NCBI GenBank assembly: GCA_963751455.1
Contig: CAVVUN010000003.1
Location: 32,001-96,000, forward strand
Length of the DNA stretch: 64,000 bases
Reading direction: 5' to 3'
From: Nitrospirota bacterium
GTDB lineage: Bacteria > Nitrospirota > UBA9217
In this document: positions 49,106 through 59,076 of the stretch, in pieces
Position numbering within the stretch: the stretch's first letter is position 1
Layout: every line of letters begins with the position of its first letter
Translations under genes and position numbers: made by a program
The notes under the pieces: generated by a model
What the model was told of the DNA's origin: nothing
The model's database searches: none
Seen by the model: only the letters and a program-made list of their open reading frames with translations

Positions 49106-51463
49106 ATGGAACAGAAAGAGATCCTCGTAGTAGACGACTCGCCGGCCAGCCTGCAGTTGTTGACCGGTATACTCACGGACCGGGGCTATCGGGTGCGCCC
49201 GGCCTCGGGCGGCACTCTCGCTTTGCGGTCCGCGGCTGCAAGACAGCCGGACTTGATTCTGCTCGATGTAAGAATGCCCGACTTGGACGGGTTCGAGGTC
49301 TGCCGCCGGCTGAAGTCGGACGAGAAGACCAGGAGCATCCCGGTGCTGTTCATCAGCGCAGCGGGCGAGACCCTCGACAAAGTCACCGGTTTCGAGGCCG
49401 GCGGTGTAGATTATATTACCAAGCCGTTCCAGGCCGATGAAGTGGCGGCGCGGGTCGGCACCCAGTTGCGGTTACGCGATATGGCAAAGAGGCTTCAGGA
49501 AGCAAAAGAATCTCTTGAAAAACGGGTCGAAGAGCGGACAGCGGAACTCGCGTCGGCAAACAGGGTGCTCGAGAAGGAAATCACCGAACGCAGGCGCGCC
49601 GAGCAGGAAATGCAGCGTCTTACCAGGCGGATCGAGCTTATCCTGAACTCAGCCGGCGAGGGCATATTCGGACTCGATATGGACGGCAATTACACGTTCA
49701 TGAACAAAGCTGCTGCCGCGATGCTGGGCTACGGGGACAGGGAGCTTTTCGGGAAGCACAGCCACACCTGCATACACTTTAAACACGCGGATGGAACCCC
49801 CTATCCCGAGGAAGCATGCCTGACATACGCCGCTTTCCGCGACGGCGAGGTCCACCGTGTGGATGATGAATGTTTCTGCAGAAAGGACGGCACTTTCTTC
49901 CCGATCGAATACACCAGTACTCCCATTCTCGAGAACGGGAAAATATCCGGCGCAGTCGTGAACTTCAAGGATACCACCGAACGCCGCCGTGCGGAAGACG
50001 CCCTTAAGCTCATTCAGTTCTCTGTTGATCGGGCATCTGTCTCCGTCTTCCTGATCGGCCCGGACGCGCGTCTGCTCTATGTGAATGAGCAGGCCTGCCG
50101 TACTCTCGGATATAGCCGGCAGGAGCTGCTGTCCAGCACGGTCTACGATCTGGACCCGAATTTTCCCTCGTCCGGCTGGGAAGCGCACTGGGCCGGCATC
50201 AAAAAAGAAGGCTTCAGGCATTTAGAGACGTTGCACCGAAGAAAGGATGGAACGCTCATCGCCGTAAGCGTTTCCGTCAATTTTGTGGCATTCGGAGGGA
50301 AAGAGTACCAGTGGGCATTCGCGCAGGACATCTCCGAGCGAAAACGAACGGAAAACGAGCTCAAACAGTCATATCAACTGACGAAAACCATTATCGACAG
50401 CATGAACGACGCGATCTCGCTCATTGATGTGCGCGATTTCACGTTAATCGGCGTCAACAGCGTATTTCTGAAGGAATACGGCTTTTCTGATGAATCGGAA
50501 GTCTTGGGAAAGCACTGTTATGAGATAACCCATCGCCGGAAGGATTTCTGCACTGCGCCGGACGATATATGCCCGCTGGCGGAGACGGTCAAGTCCGGGG
50601 GGCACTTCGCGGTCGATCATGTCCATTACGGCGCACAGGGAGAAAAGATCTACGTGGAGGTTACAACGTCTCCGATAACCGACGAGAACGGAAAAGTGGT
50701 TCAGGTCGTCCATGTCTCACGAGACATCACTGAGCGCAAGCGGGCGGAGCAGGAGCGGGAACGCATGCTTGCCGATATTGCACGCTCGAATAAGGAGCTG
50801 GAGCAGTTCGCTTATGTCGCGTCCCACGACCTGCAGGAGCCTCTCCGCATGGTTGCGGCTTACATGGGTCTTCTCGAGAAGAAGTACCATGGGCGGCTCG
50901 ACGATAAAGCAGACAGGTACATACACTTCGCGGTGGATGGCGCACTCCGGATGCAGAGGCTGATCGACGGACTGCTGGCATACTCCCGCATTGCTTCACG
51001 GGGAAGCCCCTTTAGACCGGTAGATCTGAACCATGTTTTTGAGGATGCGGTCAAGAATCTTTCCGAAGCGGTCCGGGAAAGCAGCGCCAGGATCACAAAA
51101 GACGACCTGCCTGTCGTAACCGCGGATGAAACGCAGATGCTGCAGCTCTTCCAGAACCTGATTGCGAACGCTATAAAGTTCAGAACGCCGGATGCGCCTC
51201 CCGAGATCCACATTGCGGCCGGAAAGAAAGGAAACGAATGGACGTTCCGCGTGCGGGACAACGGGATAGGGATTGAAAGCGAATACTTCGACAGGGTATT
51301 TCAGATATTTCAGCGGCTGCACTCTCCGCAGGAATATGCCGGAACAGGAATAGGACTTGCGGTCTGCAAAAAAATCGTGGAACGCCACCGCGGCCGCATC
51401 TGGATTGAATCGGCCCCAGGAAAAGGCTCAACATTTTTCTTTACGATTCCTTCGCCACATTGA
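49106..51463 (+). CDS. REC-PAS-PAS-PAS histidine kinase
   Basis: LLDVRMP, three PAS/PAC units ending in D(I/T)(T/S)ER, YVASHDLQEPLR, GTGIGLA. Confidence 0.92.
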   Translation: MEQKEILVVDDSPASLQLLTGILTDRGYRVRPASGGTLALRSAAARQPDLILLDVRMPDLDGFEVCRRLKSDEKTRSIPVLFISAAGETLDKVTGFEAGGVDYITKPFQADEVAARVGTQLRLRDMAKRLQEAKESLEKRVEERTAELASANRVLEKEITERRRAEQEMQRLTRRIELILNSAGEGIFGLDMDGNYTFMNKAAAAMLGYGDRELFGKHSHTCIHFKHADGTPYPEEACLTYAAFRDGEVHRVDDECFCRKDGTFFPIEYTSTPILENGKISGAVVNFKDTTERRRAEDALKLIQFSVDRASVSVFLIGPDARLLYVNEQACRTLGYSRQELLSSTVYDLDPNFPSSGWEAHWAGIKKEGFRHLETLHRRKDGTLIAVSVSVNFVAFGGKEYQWAFAQDISERKRTENELKQSYQLTKTIIDSMNDAISLIDVRDFTLIGVNSVFLKEYGFSDESEVLGKHCYEITHRRKDFCTAPDDICPLAETVKSGGHFAVDHVHYGAQGEKIYVEVTTSPITDENGKVVQVVHVSRDITERKRAEQERERMLADIARSNKELEQFAYVASHDLQEPLRMVAAYMGLLEKKYHGRLDDKADRYIHFAVDGALRMQRLIDGLLAYSRIASRGSPFRPVDLNHVFEDAVKNLSEAVRESSARITKDDLPVVTADETQMLQLFQNLIANAIKFRTPDAPPEIHIAAGKKGNEWTFRVRDNGIGIESEYFDRVFQIFQRLHSPQEYAGTGIGLAVCKKIVERHRGRIWIESAPGKGSTFFFTIPSPH

Positions 51464-51487
51464 AGCCGACAGGCGACGGGAAGCGAG

Positions 51488-51546
51488 TGGGCGTCTCCAA
51501 CTTTAACCGCCTGAGAGTACCCGTACCCTGCTTCCACCGCATTCCA
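51488..51546 (-). pseudogene. RidA-family N-terminal fragment
   Basis: EAGYGYSQAVKVGD. Confidence 0.55.
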
Positions 51547-51605
51547 AAGATCTTTGGTGATCAATATTGAGGACAGCTACGTCCCGGCGATTTACCGGAT
51601 AAAAC

Positions 51606-51840
51606 CGGTGGCGCTACGGCATCCGGTACGACACGCTCGATCTGTTTTCCGACACCTACAAACTGGCCGGCGTCGATCAGAATTTCGGCAAGCCGCACCG
51701 GCAAACCGTGAGTGCTGAATTCAACCCGTCAGAGTTCACGCGCATCAGGCTGCAGCTTGCGCATGATCTGTCCGATCCTTCAGGCCGAACGAACAATGAG
51801 GCGGTCCTGCCGTTCAACTTCGGCATCGGCGCTCACGGGT
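51606..51840 (+). pseudogene. C-terminal fragment of an outer-membrane beta-barrel protein
   Basis: RWRYGIRYD...FNPSEFTRIRLQ...NEAVLPFNFGIGAH, no start. Confidence 0.55.
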
Positions 51841-52044
51841 CCGCTTCGCGGACACACAGGTAAACCAGTTTTAATCTTGGCTCTCAACTCTGCATTTATG
51901 CGTGTGCGGCGAAGCCGCCCGTGGCTAATAATATCTTTGTTCCGGCTAGCCCGGGTCAGGAGAATAAAAATGAAAAATAATATTTCTGAGCCTGCTGTTT
52001 TCACTTCTTGTGGCGACACCCGCCTTTGCCACACACAGGGGCCG

Positions 52045-52185
52045 GGCGCCACATACGGACTCGGACAAGGCGGCGCAGGCGGAGCGTATAAGCCGGCGGC
52101 TGATGAAGACCCCTCCGTCGTTTCTATCGGTTTAAATTTCACCTTTTAAATATTTTCTGAATGCCTTCATCGAAGTGGAGGGCGG
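52045..52185 (+). pseudogene. 3' fragment and downstream flank of a porin paralogue (inverted relative to 15342)
   Basis: GATYGLGQGGAGGAYKPAADEDPSVVSIGLNFTF* matches the porin C-terminus. Confidence 0.85.
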
Positions 52186-52230
52186 AAAACCCCCGTAAAT
52201 CCGGAATGTCATCTCTAAGGCCCGGCATTC

Positions 52231-52319
52231 CACCCGCGCGGTCTCGAAAAAATCCTCCGGTACACGTCTCGCCTCAACCTGCCTCTTTATATTACGGAAA
52301 ACGGCATCGCGTCTCATGA
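52231..52319 (+). pseudogene. Internal fragment of a GH1 paralogue
   Basis: HPRGLEKILRYTSRLNLPLYITENGIASH matches ~16880-16970. Confidence 0.85.
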
Positions 52320-52366
52320 GGAGGGACCGCATGCCTTTTCCTTCTTTGCAAAAAGTTCCCTTGATA

Positions 52367-52556
52367 TCGAAGAGCACGGTGCAGAAGCCGCCTTTGACGC
52401 CCACATAGGAGTTGCGGAGCGAAAGAGTGTTCACGCTTGTCGTGCTGACCGCGCCGGTGGTCGTGTTGGTTACACCTGTTGCCACCGATGAGGTCGTGCC
52501 GTCCATATTGACCCCGAGTTCCAACTGGTACACGGTGGAGAGGCCATTGCCCAGGT
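52367..52556 (-). pseudogene. Internal fragment of a porin paralogue
   Basis: LGNGLSTVYQLELGVNMDG...NTLSLRNSYVGVKGGF matches ~16079-16266. Confidence 0.88.
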
Positions 52557-52622
52557 ACCGTAACGAATGATTCATGCTTCATCAAGTCGCGTCAGTTACT
52601 CTGATTGTCCACCCTCCACATG

Positions 52623-53441
52623 CTAACTATATTCGTTATGTTCCGCTCCGAAAACATGATAGATGATTTCCCACGCAGTTTCTTCAATGGATTTGTTTGT
52701 CGTATCGACAACTCTCCATTGCCTGTTCTTTCTGAGAAGCTCCTGGATATATTCGACCTCCTCAAAGATTTTCTTAAAATCGCAGTAGCCGGAATCAAGG
52801 CCAGAGTGTTTCTGGCGCACCTTCCTCACCTTTTGCAGGACTTCCGGATCTATATTAAGGCAGATAATCTTGTGCTGTTCAATCTGAAAGAGTTCCTCAG
52901 GCAGGGGTATGGATGGAACGATCGGGATATTGGCGACCTTGTAGCCTTCCTGCGACAAGTAAAAAGCGGTCGGTGTCTTGGATGTTCGCGATAGACCGAC
53001 AATCACGATATCTGCTTCCTCAAGACGCTCGGCGCCTCTGCCGTCATCATGTCCAATCGTAAACTCCATGGCCTCGATACGTTTGAAGTACCGATCATCA
53101 ACCTTCCTGAGAAGGGTCGGGGTTTGGAGCGGCTCGAGACCAAGGTAGGCAGAGAGATTGTTTATGAGCGGACCCAAAACATCATGATGGATAAGGTTGT
53201 TCTTCAGGCAATATTCACTTGCATATTCCCGCATCTCTTTTTTGACAAAGGTAAAAGCAATAAGAGCTTTCTCAGATTTGGCCTGGTCGAGGACCTCTTT
53301 GAGTTTGCTTTTTATATCGATATCGTGAAACACCGTCATTTTGGCATGAGCATCTTCGAACTGTACAATGGCAGCTCTCAGAATATGCAGGCCGCTTTCG
53401 CCGGTGGCATCCGAGATGATAAAGATTCTTTTCTTAGACAT
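52623..53441 (-). CDS. Kinase/pyrophosphorylase (PEP synthase / PPDK regulatory protein, DUF299)
   Basis: ISDATGE, YFKRIEAMEF, HDDG, GLSRTSKTP, SIEETA. Confidence 0.92.
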   Translation of the reverse strand: MSKKRIFIISDATGESGLHILRAAIVQFEDAHAKMTVFHDIDIKSKLKEVLDQAKSEKALIAFTFVKKEMREYASEYCLKNNLIHHDVLGPLINNLSAYLGLEPLQTPTLLRKVDDRYFKRIEAMEFTIGHDDGRGAERLEEADIVIVGLSRTSKTPTAFYLSQEGYKVANIPIVPSIPLPEELFQIEQHKIICLNIDPEVLQKVRKVRQKHSGLDSGYCDFKKIFEEVEYIQELLRKNRQWRVVDTTNKSIEETAWEIIYHVFGAEHNEYS

Positions 53442-53526
53442 TTTCTTATGTCACAATTAAGTAACCTTTACAGCACATGAGATTCGGCCGCTTCGATACC
53501 TCAATCTTCGGTGAGCGCTTCGTATC

Positions 53527-55854
53527 TCATTTTATGACAAGATTTTCGACAATAACCGTTCCGTCGCTGATGGTCACCGTTCCATTGATCGTTGCAAACT
53601 CGGGATTGCTGCTATAACTGCAGTCATAGCCCCCCTTCAGGGTAACGGAGATGTTGCGGTTCAGGACAAGATTTTCGCTGAAAGGGTATTCCTGAAGCCG
53701 GAGGACGTCGCCATCGACAGCCGCATTATATGCGGTCTGGGCCGCCCAGAAGTACTGGGAGGGAAGCTTTACCGGCGGATTGAACGAGGGGAAGACGATA
53801 TTGTCGAGCCACACAGCGTCGCTGCCTCCGAATAATAAGTAATCCTTTGAATATTCCCACCTGAACGTATGAAGACCGGGACTCGCCGCGAAGGTCGACT
53901 GCGCCCGGGTCCAATCGGTCTCTCCATGCCAGCCGTCCCACCTTCCCGCATCCGAGTCATCAATATAAAAGTTGAGTTTATCCCACCTCGCTTCTGTCGA
54001 GGTTTTGAGCCAGAAATAGACGTATCCCGGAGAGCAGGTATTCATGGTTACTTCGAGATAGCTCGTCGAGTTGTTCCCCATGGAAGGAGATTTTACAGCA
54101 TAGGTCCCGCTGGAACTCGTTGAACTTTGGGTGCCCCATGTTCCGGCGCCTCCTGTCGTCCAGCCAAGCGACGAAAGACTGCCTGACTCAAAACCTTCCA
54201 GCTGTGCTGAAGCATCATAGACGAAGAGACTCACCGGGATTGTCCGCGGTGAATTGGAGGCATCCGACGAAGTGATCGTAATTGTTGCGGTGTATGTTCC
54301 GGCTGACAGGACCGAAGTCGATGCGCCCACTGTGACAACACCGCTGTTTACGCCGCTGAGTGGATCGAGGGACAACCAGCTGGCGTCATCGCTCACAGTC
54401 CAGTTCAGTGTGCCGTCTCCCGCATTTGATACCGAGAGAGACCGGCTAGGCGGCAAGGCGCCGCCGCTTATCACGTCGAAGAAGAAACTCGATGGGGTGA
54501 AGGCTATCAGGGGGCCGGGGAAGACGGAGGCATAGAGGTCCAACCTCGGTTTAACGATTGAATTCCTGGAGTCAGTTACCGGCTCCCCTTTGACGGTAAG
54601 CCTCGTGACTACCTCATTCACGGTTAGAGTTCCGTCTTGCCCCTTGATCACCGCTACAGCGCCGGCAACATGAGGGGCCGCCTGTGATGTTCCGGCCATG
54701 GTGCTTCCCGTTGATGTGATGAGGGCGCCCGGAGCGAGCATGGTGAGGAGCGCAGAGCTGTTCGAAAAACAGGTCACCTTGTCTGGCGCGGTGGTGGTGT
54801 CGGTACAGCTTGAATAGAGCATGCTGCCGACGTTCGCGTCGTATACCGCTCCGACAGAGACGGCATCCGGCGCACATGCGGGAGCAGCCAGAGAGTCAAG
54901 GTAGCCGTCATTTCCCGAAGACACGGCAGATGTAATCCCGGCATCCTTCAAATCTCTGATCGACAAAGCAACGCTGTGGGCGGGACAGGCCAAACTATAC
55001 CGGCCTTCTCCGAAGCTCATATTGACCGATTGGATATTGTAGGTAATCCTGTTGTCCAATACCCAATCCAGGGCCGAAACAATAACGTCATAATGTGCAC
55101 GGCCGTCCAGTTCAAAGACATCGAGACCCAGGATGTTTGCATCCGGAGCGACTCCCAGGACGATGCCGGAAACATTTGTGCCATGACCAGAGTCATCCAG
55201 GCTTCCGTCGTCCGGGGCGAAATCCTGCACGTACGCAACCTTGCAAGAGGACGGTACACCCGGCACGGTGCAGCTTCCGAAAGCGCTCAAGGTGTAATTG
55301 ACGCCCGTGTCGAGAACCGCGACAGAAGTGCCCGAACCCGTCGCTCCGGCGGACTGGGTTCCAGGTGTATTAATCAACGGAAGGCTTTCCGCGAGATGCG
55401 GAATAACCGTGCTATTTTCGGTGACCGATTCCACTTCCGCCATATGGAGCAGTTGATCGAGCACGCGCTCGTTCACCGTCATATGGAGAATAGGGAAATG
55501 AGCGTAGTCCTTGATCACTGAATATGCTTTAGACGAAATCTTCGAAAGAACGGCATTCTTCATATTGGCGTAAAGGCGCGCTTTCTCCGCGATAATCTCG
55601 GCATCGTCATTTCTCACTCCGCGTTGTTCTCGCATTTTTTTTGCCTTTTCCCTTATCTGAGCAGCATCGAGATTAAGGAGAATCTCCGCAGAGCCCCTCT
55701 CCTCCATTTGTTTCGCAATTCCGGGAGGCACCTTGCCGGATTCGCCGGTCTTCCGGGCGTTTACATTGAGAGACCCGGTATCCATCGAAAAAAAGACATT
55801 GGGACGGCAAAAAACGGCGAGAAAGAGAAAAAAAAATATCTTTGGCAGTTTCAT
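53527..55854 (-). CDS. Secreted S8 subtilisin-like peptidase with BACON/Ig-like and C-terminal beta domains
   Basis: VAVLDTG, HGTNVSG, GTSQAAPHVAG triad; NAGDGTLNWTVS...WLS. Confidence 0.9.
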   Translation of the reverse strand: MKLPKIFFFLFLAVFCRPNVFFSMDTGSLNVNARKTGESGKVPPGIAKQMEERGSAEILLNLDAAQIREKAKKMREQRGVRNDDAEIIAEKARLYANMKNAVLSKISSKAYSVIKDYAHFPILHMTVNERVLDQLLHMAEVESVTENSTVIPHLAESLPLINTPGTQSAGATGSGTSVAVLDTGVNYTLSAFGSCTVPGVPSSCKVAYVQDFAPDDGSLDDSGHGTNVSGIVLGVAPDANILGLDVFELDGRAHYDVIVSALDWVLDNRITYNIQSVNMSFGEGRYSLACPAHSVALSIRDLKDAGITSAVSSGNDGYLDSLAAPACAPDAVSVGAVYDANVGSMLYSSCTDTTTAPDKVTCFSNSSALLTMLAPGALITSTGSTMAGTSQAAPHVAGAVAVIKGQDGTLTVNEVVTRLTVKGEPVTDSRNSIVKPRLDLYASVFPGPLIAFTPSSFFFDVISGGALPPSRSLSVSNAGDGTLNWTVSDDASWLSLDPLSGVNSGVVTVGASTSVLSAGTYTATITITSSDASNSPRTIPVSLFVYDASAQLEGFESGSLSSLGWTTGGAGTWGTQSSTSSSGTYAVKSPSMGNNSTSYLEVTMNTCSPGYVYFWLKTSTEARWDKLNFYIDDSDAGRWDGWHGETDWTRAQSTFAASPGLHTFRWEYSKDYLLFGGSDAVWLDNIVFPSFNPPVKLPSQYFWAAQTAYNAAVDGDVLRLQEYPFSENLVLNRNISVTLKGGYDCSYSSNPEFATINGTVTISDGTVIVENLVIK

Positions 55855-55992
55855 AATGTCTCCTCTACCGATACAACCAGTATCAGATAAGGGCGACTAT
55901 AGCATGAGATACGCGTAATATCAAGGAGTTGTTGATGCAGTTCTGCCCGTTATTGGCAGCTTTTAACACGGGTTGCTGTGTTGAAGAGAAAT

Positions 55993-57728
55993 CTATGTCG
56001 GCAGGATTTTTACTTTTGTTCCCTTTCCGGGCGCGCTTTCGATCTGCATGTCCCAGCCATGCGCCTTCACAAGATGCTTTACGATGGCCAGCCCGAGGCC
56101 GGTTCCGCCCATACTTCTTGAGCGGCCCGGATCGACCCGGTAGAACCGCTCGCCGATCCTCGGCAGGTGCTTTGGGGGTATACCGATGCCGGTATCTTCT
56201 ACGAACAGATAGAACGAGCCGCTTTCCTGGCCGGCGCCGATTGTCACGCCGCCCGCTTCAGTAAACTTTATTGCATTGTCCACCAGATTGGTAAGGACCT
56301 GTATGAGGCGGTCCCGGTCTGCTTCAACGGTTTGTTGCTGCGGCAGATCATTTCTTAAGGACATTTTTTTTCCAGCAGCCTTATCGCGGAGCAGCGACAT
56401 AACATGGTCCGCGACCTCCCTGACATTGACGCTCGTTTTTTCGACCTTGATCACGCCAAGCTCGATTTTCGAGATGGTCATAAGATCGTCGATAAGACCA
56501 TTAATCCGCTCGCTGTTTGATTTTATTATTTCGAGAAATTTTATTGCATGTGGCCGGTCATCAAGGGCTCCCTCAAGCAGCGTTTCTGCAAATCCGCTGA
56601 TCGAGGCGATCGGCGTCTTTATTTCATGGGAAATATTGGCTACGAAATCCTTTCTGGTTTGCTCCAGCTTTTTAAGGCCGGTAATATCATGAAAGACAAT
56701 GACGAACCCGGAAGGTTCGTCCCGGTTATAAAAAAGCGGAGAAGCTTGAACCACATAGAAACGCTCGGAGGGAAAATCAACGCATACTTCCGCGGCATCC
56801 GGTTTCTTGTCGTTTCTGACGCGTTCCATGAGCGAGAGAAATTCAGGGCACCTGACGACCTCGACGTAGGATTTTCCCTGATACGGCGCATCAATGAACA
56901 TTTTTCTGGCTGCGAGGCTGGATAGCAGGATAATCCCGTGCGCGTCGATGATGAACAGGGCATCGGGGATACTCCGGAGGATGACATTCAGCCGGCGTTT
57001 TTCTTCTTCGTGCGCGGCGATGCTGTTCTTCAGTTCCTCGGACATGGCGTTAAGACTCTCCGCGATCTCATCGAACTCCCCGGCATTTTCAAGATGCATT
57101 TTTTTACCGTGTTCCCCTCCTGCAAGGGCACGGGAAAAAACCCGGACCTGTTCCGTCAGTCTTCTGATGCGGTTGATCTGCCAGAGCGAAAGGATGGCGG
57201 TCGCGAGCAGGACCAGCGTGACCGCGAGGATTATCTTGAACCTCAACTGATTGATTGAGCGGTCGACTTCTTCGAGCGGCATGCTCAGCCGGACGAACCC
57301 GTTGGCCCCCCGGCCTTCATGACCTTTATCGCTACATACAGAAAATCGTGTTTCAGGGTGTCGCTGTAGCGAATTGCCATGCCGGTGCCGTTCGCGGCGG
57401 CCTCCCGGATTTCCTGACGGTTTGCATGGTTATCCATGTCTCTGGATACGCTTTCGGAATCGCCTGCGACCCTTCCATCTACGTTGATAAGGGTGACCCG
57501 TGAACCGGTCTTCTGCTTCAGCTGCCTGCAGAAGGTGTCGAGCGGGAACTGAGATTCAAACGGGACGCGGTCTGAGATGAGGTTTGCCTGGACCGTAAGA
57601 TTGTTCCGGAGATTATTGATATACCGCTCCCTTACGGTCCCGGTTATGTAGAGTTCGATAAAAAGAACCGCGACGGTCATGATGACCGCATAGCTGATGA
57701 ATATGCGTCTGAAAATTCCCGTTTTCAT
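55993..57728 (-). CDS. phoR: Phosphate regulon sensor kinase PhoR, split by a frameshift in a G6 run (57306-57311)
   Basis: MDNHANRQE periplasmic motif; DFVANISHEIKTP, ERFYRVD, GGTGLGLAIVKH; one extra G restores AGGANGFVRLSMPL. Confidence 0.85.
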
Positions 57729-57774
57729 CTGACGAACTCCCTCTGCCGCGAGGAGAATAGGACGCCAACTGCAG

Positions 57775-57808
57775 CCCCTCCCTTGACGGGAGGGGTTGGG
57801 GAGGGTGA
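57775..57808. repeat. REP-like palindrome CCCCTCCC-TTGAC-GGGAGGGG
   Basis: Perfect 8-bp stem followed by TTGGGGAGGGTG. Confidence 0.7.
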
Positions 57809-57878
57809 TGATCGGGCAACTGAATAAATATCTGGTATCATACTCCTCTGTGGCTGCTGTTCATGAATGATGCGGCGA

Positions 57879-58565
57879 TCATTCGGCATAATAACCCACA
57901 CCTCGCCGGGTTTTTATATAAACGGGGGCCTCAGGGTGATCCTCTATCTGGGCTCTCAAACGCCGTATATGAACGTCTACGGTCCGGGGCTCGACATAAG
58001 TCTCATCCTTCCATACTGCGTCGAGAAGCTGGTCACGGCTGAATACCCTGCCCTTTCGCTCAACAAGAAACAGAAGCAGCTTGAATTCTGTGGCGCTCAG
58101 ATGAACTTGCCGGTTTCGCTTCGTCACGGTATAGGTCTCCGTGTTGATCTGCAAATCTCCGATAATGACGACTTTGGCCTTTTGCGGACCGTCAGCGGTC
58201 CTCCGGAGCAAAGCCCGTACCCTGGCCACCAGCTCTTTGGGACTGAAGGGTTTGGTCATGTAGTCATCAGCCCCGGTTTCAAGCCCGCGTACCTTGTCCG
58301 CTTCTTCTCCTTTAGCGGTCAGCATGATGACGGGAAGAGCTTCCGTTTTCGGATTGTTCCTGATGATACGGCAAAGTTCCACACCCTGGATGCCGGGAAG
58401 CATCAGGTCCAGTATGACAAGATCGAATTTGCCTTTCCTGATTTTGTCGAGCCCTTCTTCCCCATCCTGGGCGGCCGTTATCCTGAAGCCTTCCTTCTTT
58501 AAATTGTAGGATATGAGTTCCACAATGTCTGCTTCGTCATCGACAACCAGTATCGCTTTGATCAT
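57879..58565 (-). CDS. phoB: OmpR-family response regulator PhoB
   Basis: LDLMLPG, GADDYMTKPFSP, RTVDVHIRRLR; directly upstream of phoR. Confidence 0.9.
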   Translation of the reverse strand: MIKAILVVDDEADIVELISYNLKKEGFRITAAQDGEEGLDKIRKGKFDLVILDLMLPGIQGVELCRIIRNNPKTEALPVIMLTAKGEEADKVRGLETGADDYMTKPFSPKELVARVRALLRRTADGPQKAKVVIIGDLQINTETYTVTKRNRQVHLSATEFKLLLFLVERKGRVFSRDQLLDAVWKDETYVEPRTVDVHIRRLRAQIEDHPEAPVYIKTRRGVGYYAE

Positions 58566-58637
58566 TATGTATGTATAACATTTTTGAAGAGAGAATAAAA
58601 GGTCCGATTCAAAATTTAACGCAGTTGTAACAATTAA

Positions 58638-58814
58638 ACCTAAAAAAGCATTTGGGACGCAGAAAAATCGGATAAACGCAGATAAGGTCGGATAAAAAAA
58701 ACGTTCTTGTATCGTAAAAGCAGTCACCCTGCGGGTGAATTTATTTCTCTAAAAATCCTTTTGTTTGATCTGCGGTTATCTGCGTTCATCTGCGTCCAAC
58801 TGCCGTTTTCAGGA
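58638..58814. mobile_element. MITE-like element X with TAA target duplication
   Basis: ACCTAAAAAAGCATTTGGGACGCAG...CTGCGTCCAACTGCCGTTTTCAGGA; TAA on both sides. Confidence 0.72.
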
Positions 58815-58849
58815 TAATATGAGCGCTCATCTCGGCGATATCCTGGCAT

Positions 58850-58881
58850 AAAAAAAGGACGAGATCTGTAAACTCTCGTCC
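58850..58881 (-). terminator. Intrinsic terminator downstream of the che cluster
   Basis: GGACGAGA...TCTCGTCC stem with T7 run on the minus strand. Confidence 0.75.
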
Positions 58882-58910
58882 CCGTCTGTTTCCAATCGGA
58901 TTTACTTTTA

Positions 58911-59076
58911 TCCTAAAAACGGCATTTGAACACGGATGAACACGGAAACAGCGGATCAAAACAATGTGATAGAGCAAAAAGCCATCTCGCCTTTTGGGTG
59001 AATCCATTACTGTTCGTAACTTCCTATAAATCCGTGTTGATCAGATTTTATCCGTGTCCAACTGCTTTTTTCAGGT
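58911..59076. mobile_element. MITE-like element Y with TTA target duplication
   Basis: TCCTAAAAACGGCATTTGAACACGGAT...ATCCGTGTCCAACTGCTTTTTTCAGGT; TTA on both sides. Confidence 0.72.

Noticed and set aside
53445-53475. Pho box upstream of the kinase/pyrophosphorylase gene
   Set aside because: Half-sites are not in consistent 11-bp phase and orientation
58610-58640. Pho box upstream of phoB (TTAAC 58616, GTAAC 58627)
   Set aside because: 11-bp spacing is present but in the opposite orientation and without the 10-bp link to a -10; unresolved
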